Below, one piece after another: positions 25,026 through 39,052 of a stretch of 64,000 nucleotides of DNA. Position 1 is the stretch's first letter; every line of letters starts with the position of its first letter. The position numbers were made by a program, and so were the translations under genes. Below the pieces are notes generated by a model. It was not told the origin of the DNA and did no database searches. It saw only the letters and a program-made list of their open reading frames with translations. The stretch is from positions 4,032,001 to 4,096,000 of the forward strand of contig NC_045698.1 of the NCBI RefSeq assembly GCF_009834535.1. Reading direction: 5' to 3'. The DNA comes from Camelus ferus. Lineage: Eukaryota.

Positions 25026-26399
25026 CGTTGGTGGGAAGGTAGGAAGAGACCCAGTATTTCTCCTGACTGAGTCAAACTCCCTTTAATCCTAAAGCCACAT
25101 TATTCAAAGTGCAGTTAATGAAACTGTCAATAACCCATTCCTATTAAAAGCCCAGCACTATTCTTCAATATATTGTAATGGTGATGTCTTAAAATTAGGT
25201 CCAATTTACATTTTACAAATCACTTTCACTGTCCGAATTTGATTCACTACCCATGTCAGCCCCACGAGGCAGGGAAGGGCGGCGTTTGTACCGTATTTGG
25301 AAATCTGGATGTTTGGAGGGGATTATTTCAAGGTCACGTACTCAGGTGCGTGCAGCCTGGACAAGGCATGTGTCTCAGGCCTTGTGGGGCCAGGAGGGGT
25401 GCTTTCCTTCCTACCCACGTCCTGTGAGGTTTCCAGCACCCGGGGCCCCTCAGGCATGATGTTTTATTCTTGAAATATGATTAGTGTCAGATTGTTTTAC
25501 AAACCATGTTCACGTGGTGGGAACACATCCCCTAGTGGATGACTCGCCAAACTCGTAGTGTGGTGGGAGAGGGAGACAGAAGACTAAAAATTGTATCTAA
25601 AATACGATTCAAAGTAAGAGAAGGATGACAAAGAAGAGAGCAAGTGCTCTGAGAAGCACGAGAGGAGGCTGTACCCTGCTTTGGTGGTGACGGGAGGCAG
25701 CAGGAAGCTCTTCTGAGAAAGTGATGTATAAGCTGAGACCGAGGGGGAAGGCACAGCCGGGCAGAGACGTGACTGAGTCTCTACGACTCTTCTGAGTGCA
25801 GAAGAAGCAACTGGAGAAGCTGGGCGCGTGGGGCTAGGATCCGCGAGTATGCACAGGTCTGGCTGCACCACATGGCGACAATGAAACAGCTGGTACAGGT
25901 GGCACACATCCTCTGCTCGGAGCCCTCGGTGTGCCCCACTGTCCCGGCCCCTCCCAGGACTGTCCCTCCCAGTGGGCAGAATGAAGGGCTCGCATCTGGC
26001 AAGGGGTGGTGTCTCCATAACCCTGCACCAGCCTGTGGCCAGCAGTCCATCTGACCAGTCAGTGTCCTTACATGGCCAGCTGCAGAATGCTCTGAATAGG
26101 ACCCTGGACTGGAAGGCAAGGTAAATAGTGTGTGTGTGAGTAACGCATTGAGGGGCAGTTACAGTTAGTGATGGAAAGGCAGCCCCTGGACTTTCCCTGC
26201 AGTGGGCAGGAAGGTGACTGCTAGCTCATGATTTAGAAGGTGGCAAGCACAGGTGTTTGATCTGGTCGGGTCTGCCAGGCAGCCGACCTCCATGCGGAGG
26301 ACAGTCATACGGGACAGTGCTTATGAGTGACAGCAGAACTTGAGTGATGAGGCTGTGGCAGGAGACCAAGCCTCCGAAGAGTGAGGGAGGGCGGAGGGG

Positions 26400-27080
26400 A
26401 AAATGCAGTGAATACCTGACAGGTAAGACTAGCAGGAGTTACTTGTCGGCTGGATGCAGGGTACCGTGAAAGATCGGTTCAGGACGCACCACCGGTTGCT
26501 AACTGGAGAGACTAGTTGGGGGAGAGTCACTGTGGGTGGATAAATCAGGAGGAGAAGGAAGAGAGGCTGGGTTGTAGACATTTGGGGAAGGCTGTGCTTT
26601 ATCCAGTGGAGTGAGCGCCACCAACCAACCAGGTAAATGAACTTGAAGCCCAGAAGAGAGGTCTGAGCTGCAGACAGACTTAGAGTCATCAGCACATGGG
26701 TTTCAGTTCTGAGCACTGAAAAGCAGGTGGAATTATCCTGAGTGAATGTGTTGAGTGCGTAGAGAGGGGAAGACAGAACCTTAGGAATACCAACATTTAA
26801 TTTCTCAAGCAGAATAGGTGCTCAAAGAGAAACCAAGATAACATGGTCAGCAGACACAAAGAAGCGTGGAGAATGATGTGTCTCAGAAGGGAAAGGAGCA
26901 GAGAAGTCCAAGAAGCAGGGAGCGGTGAGCAGTGTCAACTACACCAAAGACCCCAGAAGACGAGGGCTGAAAGGTCACCATTGGGATTTGCAGCTAAAAG
27001 GCATCAGTGACTTTACTGGGAGCCATTTCAGTGATGGAGTAAAAGCCAGCTATGGGCTGAGAAGCAGAGGTGTTGGGAAT
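26400..27080 (-). mobile_element. L2 LINE relic
   Basis: gaagaggtctgagctgcagacagacttagagtcatcagcacatg; accaacatttaa; cattgggatttgcagc..atcagtgactt. Boundaries approximate. Confidence 0.6.
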
Positions 27081-28712
27081 GGAAGCAGAGGGCTCACAGT
27101 GGAGAGGAGGCAGAAACCAGAAGGAAAGACAGGTGACTTTCTCTTAAATTTTGACTGCATTGCAGTAACATGTATGTGCTCTCTCCAAGGCAGGATCTCA
27201 TTCGTGACCATGGAAGTCAGACGGGGTAGACAGGACCCGGGTGCTGTGTGGATGAGAAGTTACGCCTACAGGTCACTAGGGAAACAGAAGTAGCGCTAGA
27301 AAGGGCTTCCTCATCTCCACCCAAGTTCAGAGCTTTCTGGATGAGTGACTGTCATCTGGGTGTCCCTGCTGCTCCTCCCCTCCCTCCTTAGACATCAGCG
27401 TTGGCCCAGGTTGGGCTTTGATTCTGGGGAGTGGAGGAGACATAACACGTGGTCAAAATCCCGCAGCTTGAATTCAGTTCTCATCATTTTATTTTTTTCT
27501 CCAGGGTTTTGTCTGGAGTCAAAGTCCTTCCCTTTATTTCTCCAGTAGCTAGAGACAAGACAAATTAGACAGGATTTTCGGTAAGACACCCAGATGTGAA
27601 AAGTCAAAGGAGGCACAGTCAGTGACTGTACCATTGCAGAACATAAAAATGAGAATTCTTGAGAACTTTGGCCATAGAAGATACTGTATTTCACACCACT
27701 TCATATTTATACCACTGGAATCCAATCTAAGTTCGTAGTATTAGGATTTATGTGGATTTTAACTGCACAAAATCAGAATAAGTGGGATCCAGTTTTCTGT
27801 TCCTTAGGGCATTATTAATTACAGCCCTGATGAAAAGAGGGAGCAGTGGGTTCAGGACGCCCACTTCTTCTTCAGAAGGGTTTCCTGAAGATGAACGTCA
27901 GAGTCTGACTGGGTCCTTCTCTAGAGCCCCAGGGACAAGGGATGGGACCTCTCGACGCCTGTCCCCATCACCACATCCACTCCTAGCCTCCCGTCTGTGA
28001 TGCAAGGTGCATCAGGCACCTGAAACATAGGTCTTCTTGCAAGAGGCGGTGGACAAACCCACACAGGCGTGCCCTGAAGGCAGCAGCCCGCAGCACACAG
28101 GAGAGGAAGCTGACCTAGGATGTAGCTGACGGACCACATGGCAGAATTAGAATGCCGAGGCAATCTTCAAATACTAAGTTTAAGTGCAAGAGGAGCCCTC
28201 TATAAATTTCCCTTTATGACTTTAACATTCATAATTTATTTCCTTCCTGGAATCTAGTGCCTTGCCGTGTAGCTGGCACACAGCGTGGAGACCTCAGGAG
28301 CGGAATCAAAAAGCGCAAAGCACACTCTTGACTTCCGCGCCTCGAAGCCCTCGGGATTTTAAAATTCAGTTTACATTTCCTGAGACCGAGACTTCCAGGC
28401 TCTGCGGTTAACAACCACAGCCCAGTAGTGGCTCAGTCTAAAATAGGTTTTAAGAACACGTTTCGCATAGCATGCTCTGTGAGTCTGAGGACTGAGATGA
28501 CTGTCCCGGAGAGGGCAACGTGCCTGAGGGGGAGCTCCCTGGTTTCAGGCCCTGAGGGGGCAACAGGGATGAGTAAGGTCAGTCCGCCGGGACCCTCCCT
28601 ACTGCTGGGGATGAGCAGCTGACACCGAAGGATATACTGAGTGCATGATGGGTGTTCTGTTCTACCCTAAGGTAAAACAAAGCATGACAAAGAGCAGCCA
28701 GCAGCATCAGAC

Positions 28713-28870
28713 CTTTGCTTCTCAAAGGGGGGTCTGTAGACCAGCCTCAGCACCTCCGGTCAGAGATGCAGGAGGACTCCCAAGCCCCAGCCTAGAGTGA
28801 CTGAGTCAGAGTCTGCATTTCTGTAAGATGCCCTGGTGATCTGCAGGTGTATTAAAATGTTAGGAGCACT
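28713..28870. mobile_element. MER5A-like hAT-Charlie MITE
   Basis: cttctcaaa..accagc..ctgagtcagagtctgcattt..aagatgccctggtgat..taaaatgttaggagcact. Confidence 0.65.
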
Positions 28871-30029
28871 TCAAAGTTTGGAGAACCCCTGAGCCTGAGA
28901 TGAAGGTCCCCTGTGACAGAGGCCAGCCCCTCTGATGACACCCACCCGCCTGCCAGCCACTTCTGATGCCTGTCTCCCGGCTCCTCCACTGCCTGCCTCG
29001 TCTCTCCTTGTGAGTTTGGTATCCGAGCTCTCCTCCAGACGGCAGAGTTGTCCCCGACCTCTTCCTTTTCCTATTGCCATTCTCACTCATTTCCATCTCC
29101 CAGGACAAATTCCTCATGCCTATGCCTCTAACGCCCACAAGTAAAAATGATAGTTATGCTTCAGAGCTGATTTTGGCTACAATTGTGTGAATGAGCATGA
29201 CATCGTGTTAGCTGTCATTAAACGTGACTGAGCACCTGTGCATCTGCTGTTCTAAACACACCTTAGCTGGGGCAGCTCATAAATCAGCCTTCATAATGAT
29301 TTCATTAATTTCATCACTTCACAAATTAGAAGCTCGGAGAAGAGAGAGGTTACAAACACACTGAGGTCCTACAGGGGGACGTGGAGGGGTGAGGGTCCGA
29401 GTCGTATTCTGAGAACCTGTAGCTTGTGCTGGAACCAGCAGGCTGTCCTGCGTCTCGACAGTGAACCCCAGCCAGTCTCTCCATCCATCACAGACCACGA
29501 GATCCAGGCTCAGGCACACATATTTCTGATGTCAGCTCAGGCAACTGAGTTTGTTCCAAGCCTGCCCACCCTCCTCCCCGCTCCAAGCGCTCTGGGTCCC
29601 TGAGGATGTGGCCATCCGTGGCCGCCTGGACTGTCTTTTCTCCCAGGGACCTGGAAGCCATGCTTGACCTCCCCCCTCCCCCATGCCTGCATCAATCACT
29701 GGCCAAGACTTATGGATCCCACTGCAGGTGTGGGTATGGGGATCCCCAATGTGTGTCCTCCCCTCTGTTTACTCCCCTAGGGCTTCAGTTCAGCCCCGTG
29801 GCTCTCTCATTACCAACAACTTCAATAGCCCACTGATTTGTTCCACGTTTTGGGGTCTTACTTTCAAGTCCAAACACAGCCACATAGCTGACCCCGAGCT
29901 GCCTGAAGTGTGAATTTAATGTAGTCACTCCCTTATCTAACACAGGACCGTTTTCTAGAAGGCAGGTCCAAGTTCAGCAAACATAATAGCCACCATGGGT
30001 CACTTGGTGAGCTTCCCATACGAGCTCCA

Positions 30030-30630
30030 TGTGAACATGTGTATACCTCCCCGTACACACACATATCCCAGATGCATATCCCCACGTGTATACAGATATA
30101 TGCACATGCACATACACCTCAGACACATACACACATCTCATACATGCACAGACTCATACCTCCGCACACCCACATGTGTTCCCGCATATGCACAGATATG
30201 TGTGCCCATTTATGCACAGACACACGTCCTCATATTAACACATGCATCCCATTGTGCAATACTTATACATCTGTACACAGGCAGACAGAAACTCCCATTT
30301 ACACACATACATCTATCTGTACCTATTTCTGTATCATCTATACATAGGCAAGTATCACCATATACACAGACATATACCTTCATACATACACAGAACTGCC
30401 CTGTGCATTCACAGACGTATTTCCCTGTATACACGAATACGTGCATATGTATCTGTTTGCACACAGACATCCATTCCCACACGTCATATACACACATTTG
30501 CATATATATATATCTCCCCATATTTGCACTGCGTATATCCCTGTATGTGCACATCCATATAGCCCCATAATTCACATATCTATGTGCTTATACATACACA
30601 GATATGAAATTTTATTTATACAAATGCATA
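30030..30630. repeat. Degenerate (CA/TA)n low-complexity tract
   Basis: About 600 bp of cacatata/tacac-type units; source of the His/Tyr/Cys-rich spurious ORFs. Confidence 0.85.
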
Positions 30631-31772
30631 AATCCCTTGGCTTCTTATAGTCATTTAATGCTTGTAAACATCCGGTAGGTGAGCATTATTAGCTTTTTTT
30701 TCAGGCAGCTAGACAAAGCTCAGGAGGGTAAGTGGTGGCCTCAGGGCCTGCAGCCAGCATGGTACAGGGCCAGGACCTGGTCCTCGGGCCCCGCCCACCC
30801 CTCTCTCTTGCACTTGCCAGTTTGTCCTGCTTTAGGACCTCCTTTGTCCAGTCTCCCCCTGCAAAGTGCCACATGACACGTCCACATTAAGGCAGTGTTG
30901 TTTTGCAGCCCGTGGGAATGTTATCCATCCTCAGGTGGGGGGGTGTCCTGGTTTGCTGGGGCCAGATGCTGAAACAGCTGTGTGCATTCCTGCTCTCAGA
31001 CAGGAGGCTCCTCCGGTGTTGGGAAGGAGAAGTGTGACTGATCACAGCCTTTCCTCGGAGGGTGTCCCCATGTGTGTGAAATCTGACTATCACAGGAAAA
31101 AGCCAATGGCAGAGAAACCCTCTGCTGCCTTAGTCCTGCGAACGTGAACAGCCCTTTCCTTTGGGCAGCTGTGTGTCCCCCACAGCTCTGTCGGTTGAAA
31201 ACAATTCACTGGTTTAGAGAAAGGTCATCTGGGCAAGTCCACTTCCCCTAGGTCAGCAGAACCCCTTCTCCATGCTGACGAGCGGGATGGAGTTAACCCC
31301 TGTTTCTCAGTCTCTGCATCTGAGTACTTTTGATGGTAGTTTTCTTGCTGTGGAACAGCTATGAAATCCCTACAATAATTATATATACACAAAAGGTATG
31401 TATAAATTACATAAATAGACAATTTTCATTAATCCCATCCCAGATACATACCTTGACCTTCAGGATATATTTTATTTAAACAATGTTTAAAAACCTTATG
31501 GCCAAATATTCTATATTAAATGTATATGTTGTACAGTTAACTGAACCCATGTTCACACTCTCCCATGTCGAGTCTCCGTCTGAAAGAACTTGCCCGTTGA
31601 GTCTAGGCAATGAGTGGGATCTGACCTTTTTCTGGTCACACTTACACTGTGTGAAACTGGGAAGGCCACATGGCTGGTGTTTGAACCATGGTTCAGTACC
31701 AACTCAGACATTTGAAATAACAACACAGACATTAACCGCCATGACCACTCTTTAATGAATACGCGTTACTGA

Positions 31773-32305
31773 GTGATGGTGGGCAAACTCCAAGGTGCCC
31801 TCGTGAAACCCCCTTCCCGTGAGTGTGGATGGGACCTGGGCTTGCGTCTAACCACAGAATGTGCGTCTGCAATGGTGGGGAGCGTCTGTGATTCCAGCGT
31901 GTGTGTGTGGCCGTGCTGGCTGCTTGTTCTCGCTTGCTTGTTAGCCTTGAAGAAGCAAACAGCCACACGGTAAGCTGCTTCTGGAGAGGCACACGTGGTG
32001 AGGAACTGCAGGTGGCCTTTGGGAGCTGAGGATAGGCTCCAGCCAATGCCCAGTAAAGCCCAAAGCTCTCAGCCCTGCAGCTGCAAGGAACTGAACTCCG
32101 CCACCCACCTGAGGTGCTGGGTAGCAGTCTCCCCTGGCCAGACTTCAGATGAGAATACAGCTCTAGACTCCTTAATGCAGCTTGTGAGAGCTGACAGAGG
32201 ACCCGGTGCCTGGACTCCTGGCCAAACAAATGTGAGATGATACGTGTGTGTGTTTTAGCCTCCCAGCGTGGTTTCCTTTGTTATCTGGTGGAAGAACACT
32301 CATGC
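31773..32305 (+). mobile_element. MaLR LTR (MLT1E/F-like)
   Basis: ttgaagaagcaaacagcca..gagaggcacacgtggtgaggaactg..gcaaggaactgaact..cagatgagaa. Confidence 0.78.
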
Positions 32306-32329
32306 ATTGTCCAGGTCATGTCACAGCCC

Positions 32330-32430
32330 TCTGGAGGCAGCTCTGTTGTCCCCATTTTGAGGATGAGCAGGTGACTAAAGTTCAGAGATGCTCAGCAATC
32401 TGCCCAGGCCTTCACAGCAGAGACGGGGCC
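32330..32430 (-). mobile_element. MIR SINE
   Basis: ccccattttgaggatgag..ttcagagatg..tgcccagg. Confidence 0.55.
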
Positions 32431-33499
32431 GGCACACAGCCGGGCTGATGGGGCCCAGGCCTGGGCGCTACCTCCTCAGAATGGTAGTCTCTCTCTGTAT
32501 CGTGCATGTCTCCTTGTCCTTGGGTGGGTTTGCATAGTCAATCCCTTACTTCTGCCAGGCGTAGGGTACCAGGAGGTCTGGTTGTCCCACTGATGTCCAC
32601 ACCTCTGCCCCTACATCCTGCCCAAGTGCAAAGTTTCCAGAGCGGGGGGCACACTCTTGTGCTCTGCGATTGTCTGACATTTTACTTTCACCACAAGTGG
32701 ACACTTTCTATCTTCTCCAGCTCCTCTGCATCCACAAGCCCACTGACCCTTACTCAGGAAAACTGAGGCGTGCATTTGGGTGAAAATGACACCAGTAAGC
32801 AGGGCCCCTCTGCGTGTGAAAGCTTGATAAACACCAGGTGATGGTGAAGGTGCAGAAGCTCGGCGGGGCGTTGATGCCACGTTCAAACATCTGCCATCTG
32901 TGTCCCTCGCTGGGCCCATTAGCCCACGCTCTCTTACAGCCCCATCCTGCCCCCACCACCCACCACGTCCACCCACACACCCACACCAAAGTGGCTGCAC
33001 TCTCCTGGCCAGAGGCGTGGAGTGGCCACTGCTGGCCACAGCCTGGGCACACTGCCCAGAACCTCCAGTAAATTTTGAGATGATTTTTCTTGCACTTGTT
33101 TATTTTAGATGCTTGAATCACGTAACAAAAGAAGAAAATGTTACCATTTTTATGTGTGTCAAGGGGCCTTGGCCTTGTCTGTCTGTTTATGTCATTTTAG
33201 ACAAAAACAACCCAGCTTTCAGTTATAACAATGTGTGCCATGAAAGGGCAACTTTGGGAGTCCTCATTCTCAAATAATGCTACTTTGTTCTAGGGAAGAA
33301 ATTAATATATAACTCCCTTCCATTTAAAAATGAAACTGCACTGAAAATTTTGTGCTTGCTGAAAGTTATATTTCAGAAATATCCAACCCAAGATTGAGTG
33401 TTTAAAATTTTACTGTAATTATTACTGTGAATAGCAAGGGGTTGTGCGTAGGTGGCTGGAACATTCAGAGGATGTGAGAGAGGAAACTAATAATTTTCC

Positions 33500-33640
33500 T
33501 TAAACATACCCCATGAATCCTTCAAGGTGGGCATGATTATCCCGATTTTGCAGTGCAGAGATGGAAGGCTCAGAGATGGTAAATAATTAACTAAGTTACA
33601 AAGTCATGAAGTAGCAGAATCAAGATTTCTACCCTCAGAA
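33500..33640 (-). mobile_element. MIR SINE
   Basis: attatcccgattttgcag..gaaggctcagagatggtaaataa. Confidence 0.65.
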
Positions 33641-35999
33641 AGGACCATCACTTGTGGCTTTTTTTTTTTTACTACACTATGCTAATTTTCTCTACAAAGC
33701 TAATTGCCACAGATACAATAAAAAAATACTAATGTAGTATTCTATTTTATGTTTATTACATGCATTCTTCATTCTACTTAGAAGCTTCAGGGATACCTTG
33801 CAGTCAAATAGATCATCCTGGCAAGGAAGTTGCTTTCAAGAAATAAATTGATTCATTTTAGATGTTAGTACCCTATCAAATAATGACAAAGAACAGAGTA
33901 ACTTATTGCATTCTCCATAACCATGGGATGGAGGAGATCGCTGCCAGGTCTTTCAGGATTAAGAAACCAGCACCATCTTACACAGCTGAGCTTTCAGCCA
34001 CTTCCTCTCTCATTCTGTTGGAGAGAACCCAGTCACGGGCCACGCATAACGCGTAACTCACCTAACGTGTGAGGCTAGGAGTTGTGGCTTTGATATGTGC
34101 AACAGCAAAGGAGATGAATTTTGGCGGACAGTGAGCAGGCAGCATCACACTCATCCTTTTGAAATTGTGCCGAGGGTCAGGGGAAGAAACAGAGCTCAAT
34201 GTGAAACCTCTGCAAGTCCGGAAAAGACGCCTCCAATGTCCAGGTCCCTCTGCAGGGGTTCAGAGGGATCGTATCTGAAAAACTCTAGGTACCAAGCGAT
34301 CATTAAATGTCCAACTGCTTTCATTATGTCTCCAGCCGATGGCTGAGTCTGGAGCTGAGACACTGTCATGACTAGATGAAGGAGTATGGGAGTGACTGAC
34401 CGTTAGGGGATGGTTCAAGTCAGTAGAAGAGATGAACTCATTTAGGCAAAACTTGCAGAAGCTTGTAGAAAAGAAGAGGACTTAGGACTAACCCCAGAGG
34501 GATTTGAACGTTTGGAAGTCTGGTAGGAGAGGAAAAGCCATCAGAAGAGACTATCAAGAATCTGCCATTGAAGAAGGAGGCAAATTAGGGGTGTGGCTGA
34601 GAAGACACTGGTCACTCCCGCTCAGCGTGACAGGGTCAGATAGTATGGGTGAAGCTTGTGACACGGAGATCCTTGCTGACCTTGAATCCTGGAGAGGTTG
34701 AGAGGGAACCTATTTGAAATAAGTTGGAGTGACCAGGAGTTGAGAAAGGAATAGAATTAAGGAGCACTTGCTCTGAAGAGTTTGCTTTCTGGTTCATTGG
34801 TGATTAACCAACGTATTCCATCAAAACAACAATTATGTGCTGGAAATTCCTTAAAAAGCTTTGTCATCCGTGTAAGAGGCCGCCTCTATATTTTAAGTTC
34901 TGGGAGCTCATGATTGGCAGTTTTTCTTTATCCCCATCTTACATTACCATTTACACGAACCAAAACACTCATCTTGCCAGAGAAGTAAATTGCCACTTTG
35001 AAACAGGGAAAATGGGCAAAAGTATAAAAATGTGAATAATCGGCGTTGTGAGTCAGTGCTGTGTGATTGTGTGATTAAGGCAATCTGCATCCTCTTAAGC
35101 CTTTCTCTTTCTTGCTTTCATAATTATCGGAACACTTTTCAGATCGTTAACCCTGCCAAATACAAATTAGCGAAAAGGACTCTCCCGACTAACACAGACT
35201 TCCCCTAATCCCATCTCCACGCTCCAAACCACAGAATTTTCTATGTGAAAATAATCTTTTATGTTTTGCCTCCCAACTGTGTTCCAAATTCTTCCTAACC
35301 TCTACCTATCCGTAACCTCCACTAAGTACATATATTTGAAACAAACAAAAAAAATTAATTTACCCTGAATTCTTTGATGGCAGAATACAGACATATTTAT
35401 TTCTTCTTACTGTGAGAAAAGCAAATGACATAGTGGTCGTTGTATAGATTGACTCCAAAGATGGTAAACTATTCAGATGGTGTATTACTCACAGAGTGAG
35501 ATAGCTGAATCATTTGAAGGTTCTTTTTCATTTTCATTAATAAATTGAGGATGCTTCTGAGTCTCCTAAAAGACATTGGAGAGCTTCCTGGACTTTGAGG
35601 ACATTAGAAGACAGTATCAGAGAAAGAAGGAAAACACAGGAGCAACCCCAATGCTGAGCACCTCACTTTGCATTGAGACACTTGCTAGTTAGTAAGGGTG
35701 TCCTGTGACCTTGAACTCAAGGAACAGAGACCAAGAGGCAGAAGGAGCAGAGAGGTTCCAAGGCCAGCAGAGCTTCGGCAGCCCCGCTGGGCTGGAGAAG
35801 CTCCAGTCAGAGGGGAGGGCTTGTCAGAAGGAGTGTCCTCGGCAAATAGCACAGGTCTTCAGTCAGGGTCTCAGAAGCAAACGGCCAAGGATGAGGGCAA
35901 AGCCAGACAGACCAACATTTCCAAAGGCTGAAGCTGGCTCTGAATACACTCCATTCAAGACAGCAAACTGGGATCAAGGAGGAAAACCTGACATACCTT

Positions 36000-36560
36000 A
36001 AGGTCGAACAGCAACAGGAAATTATTGTAACATCTTTCCCATTTGAGATACATTTTCAAATATATTGGTATAATTTTTTTAAAATACACAATTTATAAAA
36101 ATTAACCCAAGAAGAAATGGAAATAAGAATAGTCCTATACCACATAATCCATAATTAAAACCTCCAAAAGAACTCTAGACCCGACTGACTGGCTCCACTG
36201 GTAAATTCTAAAAGCATTTAAAAAGTGGTAATACCAACTTTGCACAAATCGTGTGTAAGAGATTTTGAAAAGAAGAAAAGAAGAGAAAAAGAGGAAACAA
36301 TTTCCAATCAATCTAGGAGGCTAGCCTAAACTTGATACCAAAACCTAAAAAGGACATGGCAAGAAAGGAAACTTACGGACTGTTTCATGAACACCAGTGG
36401 AAAACCCTAAATAACATATTAACCAGTTAGATATAAATACATGGAGAGGTATGTCAGATTAGTGCATTTGAAAATTCAGTATTAGAAAAATGACAGTTTC
36501 CCCAAATTGATCTATACATGTAATGCTCCCCCAATCCAAATCTTCCAGACAAGATGTTTT
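36000..36560 (+). mobile_element. Old L1 ORF2 fragment
   Basis: actggtaaattcta, cttgataccaaaacctaaaaaggaca (LIPKP.KD), ccaaattgatctata. Confidence 0.7.
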
Positions 36561-37877
36561 GTGTGTAAACTGACCCATTCTTTGTGACCCAGCAGCTGAG
36601 GCAGCACAGAGGACCAGCCTGGAATCAGCTACTGCCCCGGTGGGTCTCTGGGGGTCCCTGGTGGGTCTCTCTGGGTCCTCCCTGGTTTGCATTAATGAAA
36701 AAGAAATGCAGTCAGCAATGAATGCCTTCCTCTCCCTTCCAGCCCTTGGATCCCTGAGACCCCTTCTCAATCTCTCCTGTGAACAGGGGTTTGGTTGTCC
36801 TGGGGGAGGAGAATTCGCCCAGCTCAGGCTGCACTCTCTGGCAGCCAGCACAGCTCTACCCAAGCCCTAGCAAATCCTGTGCTTCAGATAACAAAAGCGG
36901 CATGGCCATCCCCCCAGCACCAAGGAGCATCCTGGTCCTGGGGCCAGGCTCCCTGTGAGCCTCCCGCTTCATCTCTCTGCTTGTTGTGCAGCCGGAGCCA
37001 GGAGCACCGCCAGGACTCAAGGGCTCCTCCTGAGACAGCCTGGTGCCCTTACTAAATCCAGCTGTGCTAAGCAAACCCAAAATGGGTTTTATAGCATTTT
37101 AACATGTTTGCACAACACAGGTTAAATCTTTTCATTTCATAATACTTAATGGTAGAAAACTTGAAAAACAGTGGGAAAACATAGGTACTCCTCTTGATAA
37201 AAATTTACTGAGCATCTCTCCTTGCAAGCACTGGCTACTACTGAGGACTTGATGCTGAATCGAACATATTCCACCCAAGAGAGAGGTCAGTAATCAGGGG
37301 CGTTTGTTTCATGCACATACTGTATATTTATGTAAAAGTCACACATGTGTGCATGTATATGTATCAGTGAATAACATTTACATTTTTTCACATTATTTAG
37401 TTTATTCTGTTTTTATAGTTCTGTATCAGGAATTTGTCACTGAACAGATAATCCTCACTTAAGCCCATCTGCCAAGAGCCTCTTGAAACATTCAAAATAA
37501 GACTAGTTTTTGGTTTTCTTTGTTTGTTCTAAACATAGCATGAGAAAGTTTATGGCTTTAGGTGTTTAGAAGTTAAAATATATTAACTCTTTTATAAATG
37601 TATGAGTTTTTTTAAGAAAATAAATACAGAATGCCACTGAAATCTATAAAATCAACATTGTCAGTGACCTATTTTTTTAATATACCCATTGAGTTTAGAA
37701 ATGTGGCTCCCCCCACATTTATCTCACTGCTGCTCTGTGTTACTTCCCAGCCATTATTGCACAGGGCCTGTCGCTGCATTTTCTAAGGTTCTTGAATCAC
37801 ACAGAATGAAGCAGAGCAAAATTACTGACAGATGAAAAATAACAATCTTTTGTGATTTTTTTTCCTGAGTTAAGGTG

Positions 37878-38415
37878 CTGCTTAGCCAGCGTTCTCCAGA
37901 GAAACAAAATCAGTAGGATGTGTGTGTGTATACATGTGCTATTTATGTATATATTTATTCATTTATTATAAGGAATTGGCTCATGGGACTATGCAGACCG
38001 GTAAATCCACAATCTGCAGGGTGGCCAGCAGGCTGGGACCCAGGAAAGCTGGTACTGCAGTTTCACTCGGAAGGCTCCCAGGCTGGAGCCCAGAGGGCCG
38101 GACTCCCAGTTCTAGTCTGAAGATCATCGGCTGTAGAACCAGGAAGAACCAATGTTCCACATGGAATCTGAAAGCTGTCTGCTGGAGAGTTCCCTCTTGT
38201 TCAGGGGAGGCCAGTCTTCTGTCCTATTCAGGCCATCAACTGATGGGATGAGGTCCACCTACATTGCAGAGGGCAACTTACTTTACTCCAAGTTCACTGA
38301 CTTCAAGGTTAATTTTATCCACAACACCCTCTCAGACACTCCCAGAATAACCCTTGTCCGAGTATCTGTGCACTCCATGTCTCAGCCAAATCGACATATA
38401 ACATTAACCACCATA
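37878..38415 (-). mobile_element. MLT2-like ERVL LTR
   Basis: gttctccagagaaaca..ttattataaggaattggctcatg..aactgatgggatgaggtccacc..attaaccacca. Confidence 0.85.
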
Positions 38416-39052
38416 GATGCATAATTTCCTTTAAAATAATTTTTAGTATAAAAAGTCCTATGTGTTATAACTCTCCTGCCTAATAGCCAAGTTTTCTTGC
38501 CTGTTAAAGTGCAGGCTGAAAGGAGAAAGCCATCAGACACAGCAAAGCTCTCTTCTTACCAGATACACTGCAAAAGTAAACGTGGGTTTAGGGAAGGTGG
38601 TACAGCCTTTAGCATTTAATCAAAATCCGGGAGAGAATTAAGGTACATCTTCATCCAAAACTCGACACAAAGTTGTGTTTTTTTAGCAAAGAATTTTACA
38701 ATCATAAAAACAGATGGTGCCTTCTTTGCATTCAGGGGAGGGTTGTATATGAAGGTTGAAAAATCAGGTAAAAGGTAAAATGGGAATTATCAGTTAATTC
38801 TAGCACTGAATCACTGTGAAATTATCAATTGTTTTAACAGACACCACCACAATTAATTTTCAACACAACATTTGAAGGCAACTACTATCATATGTATTAT
38901 ATGTTTACGATTGATAAATGATTAACTAGAAATCACAGAATTCACCTCGAATCACACAATCAGGGAGCGGCTGGCTGCAGTGAGAGCCCCAGGGTCCTGA
39001 CACTGAGCCTTGTTCTCCTCATTCAGTCGAATACCTCAATTAAAGAGCAGAG

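Noticed and set aside
29995..30575. His/Tyr/Cys-rich overlapping ORFs
   Set aside because: Arise from low-complexity CA/TA sequence that lacks stop codons.
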